Positions 1-10,100 of a stretch of 64,000 bases of DNA are shown here, in pieces (the first letter of the stretch is position 1; every line of letters starts with the position of its first letter). The notes beneath the pieces are model-generated. The model was given only the letters and a program-made list of their open reading frames with translations, was not told the DNA's origin and made no database searches. The translations under genes were made by a program, and so were the position numbers. This DNA comes from Candidatus Latescibacterota bacterium (lineage in GTDB: Bacteria; Latescibacterota; UBA2968; UBA8231), in NCBI GenBank assembly GCA_965200315.1, contig OZ241362.1, positions 4,736,001 through 4,800,000 on the forward strand, written 5' to 3'.

Positions 1-559
1 ACTTTTTTTTAAAATTTGACTCGTGGGATGTGTCGTGGAACTGGTAGGCCGCAACGTTGCGGAGCAGATGGACAATCCCCTTGGCGGTCATTCTGCTCGC
101 TTCAGGATACTCAGCGGTCTGAGCGGCTTCGACAATTTTCGCTTCGCGATGCCCGCTATCTAGGTATTGCCAGTTCGTTTCAGTGGGAAAATTTGGTCGG
201 CTGAACCTGAAGCCTTCCTCCGTAAAGAGGAAACGGTCGGTTTGGGTGTGGGACAATGCAAACCTGTAGTCGTTCCGGCCCGCCGCCGTAAGCAGGGATA
301 TTTCCGCCTCCATCCGTGGTGTCACGCGACTGCCGCCAAAGAGTTGGTCGTCGGCACCACCCTGCCGCTCGACGAACTCCCCCAGCCGCCGAGAGCGAAG
401 CATCCAGCTCAGCATTTCAAAGAAGCGAATGAAATTCGATTTGCCCGAGCCGTTGGCACCAATTAGGACCGCCGCCTTGGGAATTCTCGCAAGCTCTACA
501 TCAGCCAACGACCGGAAGCCTTGGATGCGGACATGATCTATAAAGGTTGTTTTACTCAG
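1..559 (-). CDS. AAA_21/COG4637-type ATPase, 3' end outside window (absent from ORF track)
   Basis: Manual translation: ...DHVRIQGFRSLADVELARIPKAAVLIGANGSGKSNFIRFFEML...YQFHDTS, open to the window edge; Walker A GANGSGKS. An in-frame TAG lies 5 codons upstream, so the likely start is CTG at 559, 8 nt after AGGGAG. Confidence 0.85.
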   Translation of the reverse strand, partial: MSKTTFIDHVRIQGFRSLADVELARIPKAAVLIGANGSGKSNFIRFFEMLSWMLRSRRLGEFVERQGGADDQLFGGSRVTPRMEAEISLLTAAGRNDYRFALSHTQTDRFLFTEEGFRFSRPNFPTETNWQYLDSGHREAKIVEAAQTAEYPEASRMTAKGIVHLLRNVAAYQFHDTSHESNFKKK

Positions 560-607
560 CGGATATTCTCCCTACGCGGCGACCGGCCTGTCGGTCAATG
601 AGTCATC

Positions 608-691
608 TCACCGCTCACCTAGGCTGAACGAGCGGCCTTCGCGCACTTCTTTGCGGAGCGTTACGATTTTGTACCAAGGGTCGAGGGCCAT
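608..691 (-). pseudogene. 27-codon N-terminal stub of a DUF499 ATPase
   Basis: MALDPWYKIVTLRKEVREGRSFSLGER* resembles the DUF499 N-terminus as recalled (PWYKV..PRKEVREGRSF); expected position downstream of DUF1156. Confidence 0.65.
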
Positions 692-753
692 GTTCAGTTC
701 CTAATTCTCTTATCGTTTCTTGGTGTCCTGTAGAGAGATCATCCGAGTTGTGC

Positions 754-1383
754 TTAAACATCCTCGGTCCAAGTAGCGGGAGGCCACACACCGATATCCT
801 GCCCCATGGAACGAACCAAAAGCCCGAATGAATGAGCGAGCTTACGAAACGATCTGGACCGGCGGTACGCATCTGGCAATGAGAACTTTGCGCTGAATGC
901 TGGTTGATGTATGCGCTCCTGATAGCTCATTCTATCTTGCATTCGCTTTTCTAGTTGTCCCTTCGCGTCACGATGCATTTCCGGGTTAGGATGAAGTCCC
1001 GCGTCGTTCCTGACAGTGGGATGCTCTCGTAGCGACTCAATCGCGGCCAGAAACCATGCCTCGTATTCGCGGTGTGCGATGACGACTTCACACGGCAGCT
1101 TGCAAGCAGACGCTGCCGCCCAATGTTGCACCTGCGGTCCCAACTCGGCGGGACAGTCCGAGTCCCCATCGAACAGGATGAGGACCGCGCAACATTCTGG
1201 CTGTAGGCGAGCCAGCTTTACTGCTGTATTCACTTCGGCTTCACCCGTAAGTTGATTACGCTTTCTCCGAATTGGTCGCCCGATATTGACGCTCCAAACT
1301 TGAGCTTCCGTGACAAAGCGACGAAGCAATACCGGAAGCGCTTCCACCTCCCCATACCCTTCCACGATCGGTTGGATATTCAC
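754..1383 (-). CDS. DUF4276 family protein (TOPRIM-like partner of AAA ATPase)
   Basis: IVEGYGE, LFDGDSDCP and EYEAWFLA motifs; GTG start at 1383 overlaps the upstream ATPase stop (GTGA). Confidence 0.85.
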   Translation of the reverse strand: MNIQPIVEGYGEVEALPVLLRRFVTEAQVWSVNIGRPIRRKRNQLTGEAEVNTAVKLARLQPECCAVLILFDGDSDCPAELGPQVQHWAAASACKLPCEVVIAHREYEAWFLAAIESLREHPTVRNDAGLHPNPEMHRDAKGQLEKRMQDRMSYQERIHQPAFSAKFSLPDAYRRSRSFRKLAHSFGLLVRSMGQDIGVWPPATWTEDV

Positions 1384-2630
1384 GGTAAATCGTCCTGCGG
1401 GAACAGCTCGTACTGGCGAGGATGCCAAGTGAACTGATCGTCGGGGGTTAGAGCATTCGACCATAGTAGCTCTCCAGCCCCCATAAGGTGCTCACGTAAG
1501 GCCGTCCGGGCCGCTGACGAGATCGGACGAACCCGCGTCGCACCTTCTGCCCAACTGGCAATGCGAAGGTGGTGATCCTCGATCCATTTAACGTCGAGTA
1601 CATCGCGACTATGCGTCGTCACTACGACCTGCATAAAGCGCCCGGCGTGACGCAGCGCATCCAAAACCACCCCTAGCGCCTCTATGTGTATGGTAGCTTC
1701 TGGTTCTTCAATTACGAGAAGCGAAGGGGCCGGACGCTGGAAAATCGCTGTGAGTAGCCCCAAGACGCGAAGTGTGCCGTCGGACATGTTGAAGGCTTCA
1801 AACTTCACCGATTTCGGCTGCGCTCTGTTCTGGGCAGACTCGTTCTCCCAACTTTGGGTAAACTCCAGCGTCAGTTTGTTGCCGTGCTCTTTGGACTGGA
1901 TGTCAACGGTCCCGGGCACCAAGATCGCTAAAAGCGCGCGGATTTGCTCCCAATTGTCTGGAGACTCCCGTTGGATTTCGCGCAACACACTGGCGGCGTT
2001 GCTGCCATCAGAACGCAGACGCCCACCTCCCTCTAAGTCTTGCATCCCTCTCAGGGCCGTTGGTTCGATCCGGTACACCCGCATGTCCGACAAGAAGCGA
2101 AAAACCGCCTGAAAGTGCCTATCGCCTCCGATCAGGGGAAGTGCCAAGGCGTTCGGCGCCACAGCCGGCTTTAGGGAAGCAACGGTGCTTTCCCATCCTA
2201 TGAGCGGACGAGATGGAGAGGCGGGCTTAAAGCGCTCAAACCAATCCCGCGAACCATCAGACCTCTGCACGACGCAGCGCTCATGTCCGACCTCGAAGCG
2301 ATGGCCCCTAGAGCCATATAACCGAAAGGCGTACCGCGCCCAAGAGGTGTCTTTATCTGGGTTCTCCAGTTCCACTGCCAAGCCCAGACCCGGCTGAGTG
2401 CCATTCACAGAACTGAGATGACCAATGGCGGCCGATCCACCGCGCTGTTCAAGAACAGCTTGCAGCGGTAAGGCCATCGCATCGGCTAGGAACGCAAACG
2501 CATCGGCCAAGCTGCTCTTGCCAGAGCCGTTCTGACCGACGAGAAAGGTGGGATTGTCGAACTCTATCGCCTCCTTTTCAAAGCTGCGGAAGCGATGTAA
2601 CACTAAGCGGCGTAGAATAGGATCAGCCAT
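1380..2630 (-). CDS. AAA_21 (ABC/SMC-like) ATPase
   Basis: Walker A GQNGSGKS, signature MSDGT, Walker B LVIEEPE, H-loop TTHS. Confidence 0.9.
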   Translation of the reverse strand: MADPILRRLVLHRFRSFEKEAIEFDNPTFLVGQNGSGKSSLADAFAFLADAMALPLQAVLEQRGGSAAIGHLSSVNGTQPGLGLAVELENPDKDTSWARYAFRLYGSRGHRFEVGHERCVVQRSDGSRDWFERFKPASPSRPLIGWESTVASLKPAVAPNALALPLIGGDRHFQAVFRFLSDMRVYRIEPTALRGMQDLEGGGRLRSDGSNAASVLREIQRESPDNWEQIRALLAILVPGTVDIQSKEHGNKLTLEFTQSWENESAQNRAQPKSVKFEAFNMSDGTLRVLGLLTAIFQRPAPSLLVIEEPEATIHIEALGVVLDALRHAGRFMQVVVTTHSRDVLDVKWIEDHHLRIASWAEGATRVRPISSAARTALREHLMGAGELLWSNALTPDDQFTWHPRQYELFPQDDLP

Positions 2631-2633
2631 AGG

Positions 2634-5591
2634 TCACCTCGGCACTGCCAAGAGCATGGCGTCGAGTAGGCGTTTTTCATTGCAGCCTTGAGGGTAAAGG
2701 GCGGATAGGGCATTGGCAAGGCGGAGGAAGTCGGGGCCGCGGTCTTGCTCGGTGTCGATTAGCGTCCGTAGGGCGTTGGCGTGGCCGCTGGACTGGAAGA
2801 GCATGGCGGTGTGGACGCGGTCGAGGGTGGTGTCGCCAAAGGTTGCGGCGAGGGGGTCGTCGGGGGATTCGCCGTATTGCGGGCGTGGCTCGCGGACGAG
2901 CGTGGGGGTGCTTTCCTGATGGTCGGGGAAGAGGGTCTGCTGGATTTTGGTGCGTGAGTCGCTTTCGAGGTAGCTGGCGGCCGCGGCCGCGCCGTCTTCG
3001 CCAAAGAGCTTTTTGGCGCGCTCGGACACGGGTAGGAGGCGGACGACGCCTTTTTCTTGGCCGATGATGCGGTCGGTCCAAGTGTCGAGGTCAATGCCCA
3101 TGGGCTGGGCGAAGCGGCGCACTACGTCGAAGGGGAGCGCAAAGCTACTGGCGGCTACTTTGGCGACGGTTTCATCATCGGCGACGTCGGCTTGTTCCTC
3201 TGCAACCGGGGCGGTGCTTTGCATGGTCCACAGGAAGAGCGCGGTGAGGCGGGCGTCTTCTTCGAGTGCGCCGGACAGGCCGTTGCGCGCTTGGGCCTCG
3301 GCCGTGCCGAGCACTTGTTGCAGGGCGGCGCGGCCTACTACTTCCCAGACCTTTTCGAGGTATTCGCTCAGATCGACGGTGTCGCCTTCGACCGTTTCGA
3401 CGGCGCGGTAGCGGCTGAAAATTTCGAGGGCCGGGCCGATGCAGGCGAAGACCAAATCGGCACCGCGGATACCTTCTTCTTGCAAGCGGTCGATCCAGTC
3501 GGCGACGCGGAGCGGTAGTTCGCGCAGGACATCGGCCCAGTCGCCGATGGGGGCGTCTTCCGGGCGGGGGCGGCAGATGAGGTGGATGCTGGTGGCGAGG
3601 GCGGCGGAATCGCGGGCGCGGAGACGGGATGCCATTTCCGTTTCAATCGGCCACGAGCCGGTGATCGTCCAGCCACCGCGAATCATGCCGGAGAGTAACG
3701 CTTCCCAGCCTTCGGTTGTTTTGTGGGCAAAGACGACGGAGCCGACGCCGTCTTCGCTGAGGACGCGGCGACCTTCGGCGAAGGCTTTTGCCATTTGTTC
3801 CTCGAACCATGCGCGATCTTTGGGTTGTCCGGTATCGTCGCGTTTGATTTCGTCCTGCACGGCTTCGGCTGTTTTGGGCGAGAGGGGGTTGTTTGGATCA
3901 AATGGGTCGCGTAGTAGCGGATTATTGGGTAGCGTCCGCTTGAGCCAGACGAAAAAGAAGTCGGAGAGATCGGAATAGGGGATGGCGTCGTAGTAGGGTG
4001 GATCGGTGAACCAGACTACAGTGGATTGGTCGGGAAGTGGGTGGTCAGTGGCGTCGGCTTGTTGGACGTGGCACCATGCTGTCTTGTGTATGCTTTCTAT
4101 GACCTTACACACAGCATCTATACCAGAGAGAAAAACTCCCAGTGCGTTACTCTTCGGTGTAGATTCACAGAAATCCCACACCATAGGAATAGCTGGACGT
4201 GCAAATAGATTTACAGGATTTTCGGCACCACTTTCCCATCGGGCGAGTGAATTGTTCCCATCCGCCATTCTGCTTAGTAGCAATGCGATCAGGGTTTGTT
4301 GAATGTTTGGCGCAAGCGCTACTGTTGATCGTCCTAACCCCACCAACGCCACTTTCTGCCGCGCCGTAAACAAGTCGCCCCACTGCATCATACCGTAGCG
4401 TTGTACGCTGAACGCCCGCCCTGCGCCCGAACCACCCCCAGTCGGTGTCGGCTCATCCGGCACCGGGCAAAGCCCCTGCTTCCCGCCCCGCTCCCATTCA
4501 TCCAGAACCTGCGCTACCCGCTCCTGAGCTTTTCGCACCGCCGCGTAGTCTGCATCATTCGGTAGCCGATAGTGCCGCCCTGTCTGTCCAGACTTGATCG
4601 TCACCACCGCGGTCATCCGCGCCCCACCCGCCCGTCGCCCCTCCGCGTCAAAAATCACATCCGCGCCGCCCCGCTCAGCCGCAAGCTGCGCCCGCACCCG
4701 CACCGGCGGCAGCACCGCCCCGCAGCACAGACAAGTCGCCCTCGCCCGCGTCACCGTGCCGCCGCGCACCTCTTTGTCCGCCTTGGGCGCAAAAATTTCA
4801 AACTCGACGCTCGGTGGCTCCCCCTCGCCGCGCCCGACTCGATGCCGCAACGCCCACTTGCGCTTGGCCTTCTTGCACAACCAGAATGAACGCATCAGCG
4901 GAATCTCCGCGCCGCAGTTGGGCGCTTCGCAGCGCACCGTCCGCGCCCACAAATACGCAATCGGCGTGGCCCCATCTGGATCGGTCGGATACAAATCGGC
5001 CAGTTCCTTTTCCGCCTGCGCCTTAATCTCGCCGCCAACCCGGCGCAATTCTTCTGCCAGCCCCGGCCCGTGGCGCGGAATGTCCTCCAGCATCACCTTG
5101 AGAATCAGACACGCCACCGGATTCAAATCGCTGGCAAACGCCTCGCAGCCCAGCCGCAACGCTTCCAGCGGAATCGAACCCCCACCCGCAAACGGGTCCA
5201 CCACCAGCGGCGGCTCCGCGCCATGCGCCGCCTTCACTAGCGCCCGGCTCACGTCGAGATGAGTGCGATCCGCCGCATTTTTCCAGGCGGCGAAGTTGGC
5301 GATGAACGACAGCAACCCCTGTCGCAGTTCCATGTCATTCGTCGGTGGCTGCCGCACCGTACGCAGAATTTTCCGCGCTTGCTGCTTAAAGCCCTCCGGG
5401 CAGTGCTCGTCACACGGGTCCGGCAAAAGCAACGCCAGCAATACCGCCCGCGACGACGCCAACGGCCGCCGCGCCCACCACAGGTGCAGCGTACTCGGAC
5501 GCCCGTGCCGAATGGACTTTGTTGCGTGTTTGGAAACCTCGGCGATGGGGAAATCGACTTCGGCGAGACGCTTGCATTCGCGGGGGATCAT
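2634..5591 (-). CDS. DUF1156-containing amino DNA methyltransferase with Zn ribbon (COG1743)
   Basis: LHLWWARRPL (DUF1156), motif I DPFAGGGS, Cys pairs CEAPNC and CLCC, catalytic TDPPYY. Confidence 0.92.
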   Translation of the reverse strand: MIPRECKRLAEVDFPIAEVSKHATKSIRHGRPSTLHLWWARRPLASSRAVLLALLLPDPCDEHCPEGFKQQARKILRTVRQPPTNDMELRQGLLSFIANFAAWKNAADRTHLDVSRALVKAAHGAEPPLVVDPFAGGGSIPLEALRLGCEAFASDLNPVACLILKVMLEDIPRHGPGLAEELRRVGGEIKAQAEKELADLYPTDPDGATPIAYLWARTVRCEAPNCGAEIPLMRSFWLCKKAKRKWALRHRVGRGEGEPPSVEFEIFAPKADKEVRGGTVTRARATCLCCGAVLPPVRVRAQLAAERGGADVIFDAEGRRAGGARMTAVVTIKSGQTGRHYRLPNDADYAAVRKAQERVAQVLDEWERGGKQGLCPVPDEPTPTGGGSGAGRAFSVQRYGMMQWGDLFTARQKVALVGLGRSTVALAPNIQQTLIALLLSRMADGNNSLARWESGAENPVNLFARPAIPMVWDFCESTPKSNALGVFLSGIDAVCKVIESIHKTAWCHVQQADATDHPLPDQSTVVWFTDPPYYDAIPYSDLSDFFFVWLKRTLPNNPLLRDPFDPNNPLSPKTAEAVQDEIKRDDTGQPKDRAWFEEQMAKAFAEGRRVLSEDGVGSVVFAHKTTEGWEALLSGMIRGGWTITGSWPIETEMASRLRARDSAALATSIHLICRPRPEDAPIGDWADVLRELPLRVADWIDRLQEEGIRGADLVFACIGPALEIFSRYRAVETVEGDTVDLSEYLEKVWEVVGRAALQQVLGTAEAQARNGLSGALEEDARLTALFLWTMQSTAPVAEEQADVADDETVAKVAASSFALPFDVVRRFAQPMGIDLDTWTDRIIGQEKGVVRLLPVSERAKKLFGEDGAAAAASYLESDSRTKIQQTLFPDHQESTPTLVREPRPQYGESPDDPLAATFGDTTLDRVHTAMLFQSSGHANALRTLIDTEQDRGPDFLRLANALSALYPQGCNEKRLLDAMLLAVPR

Positions 5592-5983
5592 CCTATGCGT
5601 TCCTCAGCCCATTGGACGACGGCTTCGGCGATGGCTAGTGCTTCCGTGTACTCGGACTCGACTACCGGGTTGGTCAATCCCGGATAACGTCCTTCCGTAG
5701 CATAGAGTGTCAATTCCTCCGCTCTACGAACTGTTTCCGGTATGGGCTCTCCAACTGCATCCAGCAGCGAAAACAACCGCGCCAGATCATGCACATAGGG
5801 AAATTCGACCTTACGTGCGATCATCACCGCCTTGATGGCCTTCTCTGCGGCCTGCTGCGCATCGAAGCACAAATCCTCTAGATAGGCATCGGGAACGCGG
5901 TTCTTCGCTAGGGCCAGATTGCTCCGGGCTCGGTTCAGCCATTCCCGCGGATCATCAGGCGGGAAGCGCTCATGCTGATTCAT
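5588..5983 (-). CDS. HEPN domain protein
   Basis: CFDAQQAAEKAIKA, HDLARL and GRYPG motifs; overlaps both neighbours. Confidence 0.9.
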   Translation of the reverse strand: MNQHERFPPDDPREWLNRARSNLALAKNRVPDAYLEDLCFDAQQAAEKAIKAVMIARKVEFPYVHDLARLFSLLDAVGEPIPETVRRAEELTLYATEGRYPGLTNPVVESEYTEALAIAEAVVQWAEERIG

Positions 5984-6284
5984 ACACCACCTTTCCTTCC
6001 TTCAGTGCCGGTTTGATAACCAGCGCATGGCTGTCCTTGTAACGCTCGACATCCGACGGAGAGACCACGATTGCATCTACCGCGGCACCAGCGCCGCGCA
6101 GATTCCGGTAAATTCCCGCCATGAGACGCCGTGCGTTACCGCCCTCCTTGATGACGAGCAGATCGACGTCGCTATGGCGGTTCATCTCGCCGCGAGCAGC
6201 AGACCCAAAGAGAATGATCTTCTCCGGTTGAGTCACCTCTACAATGCGCTGGATGATGTCGTCCAAAATGTGTTGGTCTAGCAT
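5970..6284 (-). CDS. Minimal nucleotidyltransferase (MNT)
   Basis: ILFGSAARG...SDVDLLV (GS-x10-DxD); likely start MLDQHIL at 6284; paired with HEPN. Confidence 0.9.
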   Translation of the reverse strand: MLDQHILDDIIQRIVEVTQPEKIILFGSAARGEMNRHSDVDLLVIKEGGNARRLMAGIYRNLRGAGAAVDAIVVSPSDVERYKDSHALVIKPALKEGKVVYESA

Positions 6285-6321
6285 GGTGCTGCCTTTGGTT
6301 GGGCGTGTACGGCAAGTGCGG

Positions 6322-6342
6322 CCCGCTTGCGCGGGCATGACG
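6322..6342. repeat. Short palindromic interspersed repeat CCCGCTTGCGCGGGCATGACG, copy 1
   Basis: Identical 21-mer at 37948-37968; related inverted copy at 54228-54283. Confidence 0.75.
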
Positions 6343-6367
6343 AGGGTGTGCGTTTTGCGCCGGCTTC

Positions 6368-6415
6368 TTAGACCCTGTTGGATTCTGGGTCAATATCGCG
6401 GACAGTGGAACTCAT
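6368..6415 (-). pseudogene. 15-aa gene stub with strong RBS
   Basis: AAGGAGG, 5 nt, ATG; encodes MSSTVRDIDPESNRV*. Possibly a remnant ribbon-helix-helix antitoxin start (weak). Confidence 0.3.
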
Positions 6416-6425
6416 TGCGGCCTCC

Positions 6426-7109
6426 TTATCGGTTTGGATAACCGAGACAGCCTAATGACAGCAAAACAAATAAGAGCATTCCGTCAATAGTCGCAGCTAT
6501 ATGGCCCGATGATTGCGTCGCAAGTTCGAGGTTTTGCAGCAGCCTTTGCCACTGATCGACATCGTTTGTAGGTGGAACGCTGCCGCTCAGGACGCGGCCA
6601 AAATAATCGCGCAAATGACGCTGGTCGAGCGAATCGAGTGCCGGGCCGGGGACGGGCTTTAAGCCGTAGCGGAACACGCCGCCCTGTAGGTAGAGCCGTT
6701 CCTCTTCCTCGCGGCCCGCAGCGCGCGTAGTCGTTCCGACGCGCACCTGAATAATCCAATGGCCTCCGCGCTTGGCTTTGTATGGTTTATCCGGCGCATC
6801 CCGCGGAAGAGATATAATGCCGACAATTTTCCCGTTTCCCCAATCCACGGTCTCCCAATAGGGAATCGCCGCTGGCAAGACGTGGGTACGCGCCGTTTCC
6901 ATTACCCATTCTTCGACCTTGCGCGGCTCTCGGCTGAGGCCGGAAATCGACCCATCGTCCTCGACGCCGAGTACGATGTACCCGCCTTCCAGATTGAGTA
7001 GCGCTGCGATTTCCGTGGCGAGTTGTTCCGGGCGGAGATCGGCGCGCTTGAACGCCACGCCGGAGTTCTCGCCATTGCGAATTAGTTCGATCAAATCGGC
7101 TTTGTTCAT
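6426..7109 (-). pseudogene. Schlafen/AlbA_2 protein, C-terminally truncated
   Basis: GENSGVAFK...IAALLNLEGGYIVLGVEDDG; the reading ends shortly after ATIDGMLLF, where full-length members normally continue into HATPase and HTH domains. Confidence 0.7.
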
Positions 7110-7121
7110 GGTGCTTCAGAT

Positions 7122-10100
7122 TTAGGTGTAATTGGCTGCATCTTCCCGAACTTCCATCGGCTGCTTGAGAGTGTCAACGCTGAGCCAGTAGTGCTGCACT
7201 TTGGTGACTTCGCGCCATGAGAACCGGGCTGGGTCTTCGATCGGCTTTTGAAGCTCCGGCCTGCTGGCGCAATTAGTCACCACGTAGAGCCAGTAGCATT
7301 CGCGGCGATCTTCGGCGACGCGACGCTCATTCGGCGTCAGCAGAATGCTGCCGGTGGCCGCGGCGAGACCTTTTATCTCGATCAGCCGCAACTCGCCGGA
7401 CGCTAGATCGAGGCTGGTTATATCGTACCCAAGATTTTTCTCGTGGACATCTTCGACCTGACGACCTTGCGCGGTCTCGTACTCCATGACCACCCGCATG
7501 GCCGTCATTTCGGTTTCGGGATGTGGGCGCAGACGCCGGACATCGAGGGTCTCGCGTTCGGGATGGGGTAGGATCAAGGCGCTGGCAAGCCGCTCGACTC
7601 CCTGCAAGGTCAGTGCCCGCTGCCGCTCAAACTCATCGCGCCGACGGTCGCGGCGTGCCATCACCTCGGCATGGCGCGCTTCGGCCTGCGCGAAGCGACC
7701 CTCGGCACCGGTTGCGTTGTTCTTTCGCTCATCGTCGGCGCGGCCAATATCATCATCGGCCCGCTGTATAACCTCCGTCAAGGAGAGCTCGACGTGATCG
7801 GCAATGCGCTTGACTTCGGCCCGCCGCTCGGCGCGAACCTCTTTGATAAAAGGCACCAAGGAGTTTTCGTTGAGCCAAGCGGTCGCTTCTGGGAGAGCGG
7901 CTACTGGCGGCAGGTCGCTTGGAGCAGCAGTGGGACTGAGATTGCCGAGGACATCCGGCTCGCGGAGACAGGGAGAGCCGCCGTCCGTCAGTTCCACGGT
8001 AAACAACCGTTCGTGAACCACCTTTCCGAGACCATCGACGACCCGCGCCCGGTAGAAGTCGAGGCGCGCCGGTGCTGCGTGCGCCAGAGAATGAAAACAG
8101 GCCCCCTGGGCAAAGGTCTCTCGTCCGAGATTGAGACTGTGCCGACGCAGGGCCTCGAACAGGGGATGCCCTGGAGTCACCCATTCGAGGTTGTGCTGCT
8201 CTGCTGCCTCGCGGTCCGTTGACAAGCGCGGATAGCGCACCGCTAGCTCCGGGAGTTTCCAGTCCGAATTGTGCTCGTATTCCTTCAGCTTGGGCGGCGT
8301 CCGCCCCGGATCGAAGGTATGTGCCAAGTGGCTTACCGGCTTCAGAGTTAGGGCCGCGTGTTGGGCGCACTCCGCGATGAATCGCGCAATGGTCTCGGGC
8401 ACTACGCGCCGCTCTTGGGCCTTGGCCCGGCGCTCGACGAGCATGTCGAGGTTGAGCTTCTTGGAGGCCAACCCTTCGAGGGCCGTCTGGCAGATGGATC
8501 GGAAGTGGCCTTCATCTACATCCTGCAAGAGCCGCTCTTCAAGGTCAGAGTCCCCCAACTTCCCAGCATAGTAGTCCCGCAGTACGCGCTCCACGTGGGC
8601 GGACGGCAAGACTTCGCCGACCACGTTGAACACGGCGTCGTCGAGCGCGTCGCGGATCTCTTGGAGCTTGTCCAACAATCGCTGGAGCACCTGTCCCTCA
8701 ATGGTGTTGGTCGCCACGAAGTTGAAGATGAGGCAGTCGTGCCGTTGGCCGTAGCGATGGATGCGGCCCATGCGCTGTTCGAGCCGGTTCGGATTCCAAG
8801 GGATGTCGTAGTTGAAGAGGATGTGGCAGCACTGAAGGTTGATGCCTTCGCCAGCGGCTTCAGTAGCCACCAACACTTGGATAGCCCCTTCGCGGAACTG
8901 CTGCTCGGTGTAGAGCCGGCTGCCCGGTTCGTCGCGCGAGCCGGGCTTCATGCCGCCGTGGATGCAGCCGACGCGAAAGCCCCAGGCTTGCAAGTGCTCC
9001 ATCAGGTGGTTGAGGGTGTCCTTGAACTCGGTGAAGAGCAGCAGTCGCTGATCGGGCCGGTCGAAGAACCCTTCCTCCTGCATGATCTTCCGCAGATGTC
9101 CGAGCTTCGCCCCGCGGCCCGCGGCTTCGACGGCTTTGGCCTCTTTGGCAAACTGGAGTAATTCGCCGATTTCTTCGCGTATCTGCTCGGCGTTGCCGGC
9201 CAGCGTGATGGCCTCCAGCGTTTCCTCTAGACGCTCGCGCTCGGCGTCTTCCAATTCTTCTAGCTCTTCCAAGTCGGGCAGGTCCGGCGGTGCGGTCTTC
9301 ACCAACTCTTGGGCGCGCTTGAGACCCTCCTCCAGACGCCGAGCGCGGTTTTCGAGCGACCGCCGCATGGCGTAGGTGCTGGAGGCGAGACGCCGTTGGT
9401 ACAGCGACATCAGGAAACCGACCGCCCGAGCACGCGGATCGTCGCCTTGTGCGGCGGCGCGGGCACTCTGCCGTTTTACAAACCGCGTTATGTTTTGGTA
9501 AAGCTCGAACTCAGCACCCCCAATAGCGAACTCGGCGGTGTGCGGGATGCGTTTGGTAAAAACCGGCTTCGCCGCCCATGTTCCGTCCGTCTGGCACTCC
9601 GGGAAGTACACCATTGCCTCCTTGGTGCGCCGCAGGTAAAAGGGCGCTCGCCTCCGTTGCATGGCCTCGCGGATCGAACTCACGTCGGCGTAAGCGTCGC
9701 GGTCGAGCAGTTGTAGGAATAGCGTGAAGTTCTGAGGGTCGCCTTTGTGGGGCGTGGCGGTCAGCAGCAGCACGTGATCGGTGCGGTCGCGCAGCAATTC
9801 TCCCAGCCGGTAGCGCTGGCTCTTGTGGGTCTCGTCGCGCGCTGACATGCGATGCGCTTCGTCGATAATCACCAGATCCCAATGCACCTGTTGCAGGCCG
9901 GGCAAAACTTCGGTGCGCTTGGCGAGGTCGAGCGAGGTGATGATCTGTTTTTGCTCTAGCCATTGGTTGACGCCGAATTGATCGCGAATGTCGCTGCCCT
10001 TCATCACTAGGAACTTTTCGTCGAACTTTTCCTTGAGTTCGCGCTGCCACTGGAACGTCAGGTTGGCGGGGCAGACGACGAGCACCCGTTCGATGAGGCC

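Noticed and set aside
167-466. 99-aa plus-strand ORF
   Set aside because: Antisense to the minus-strand AAA ATPase.
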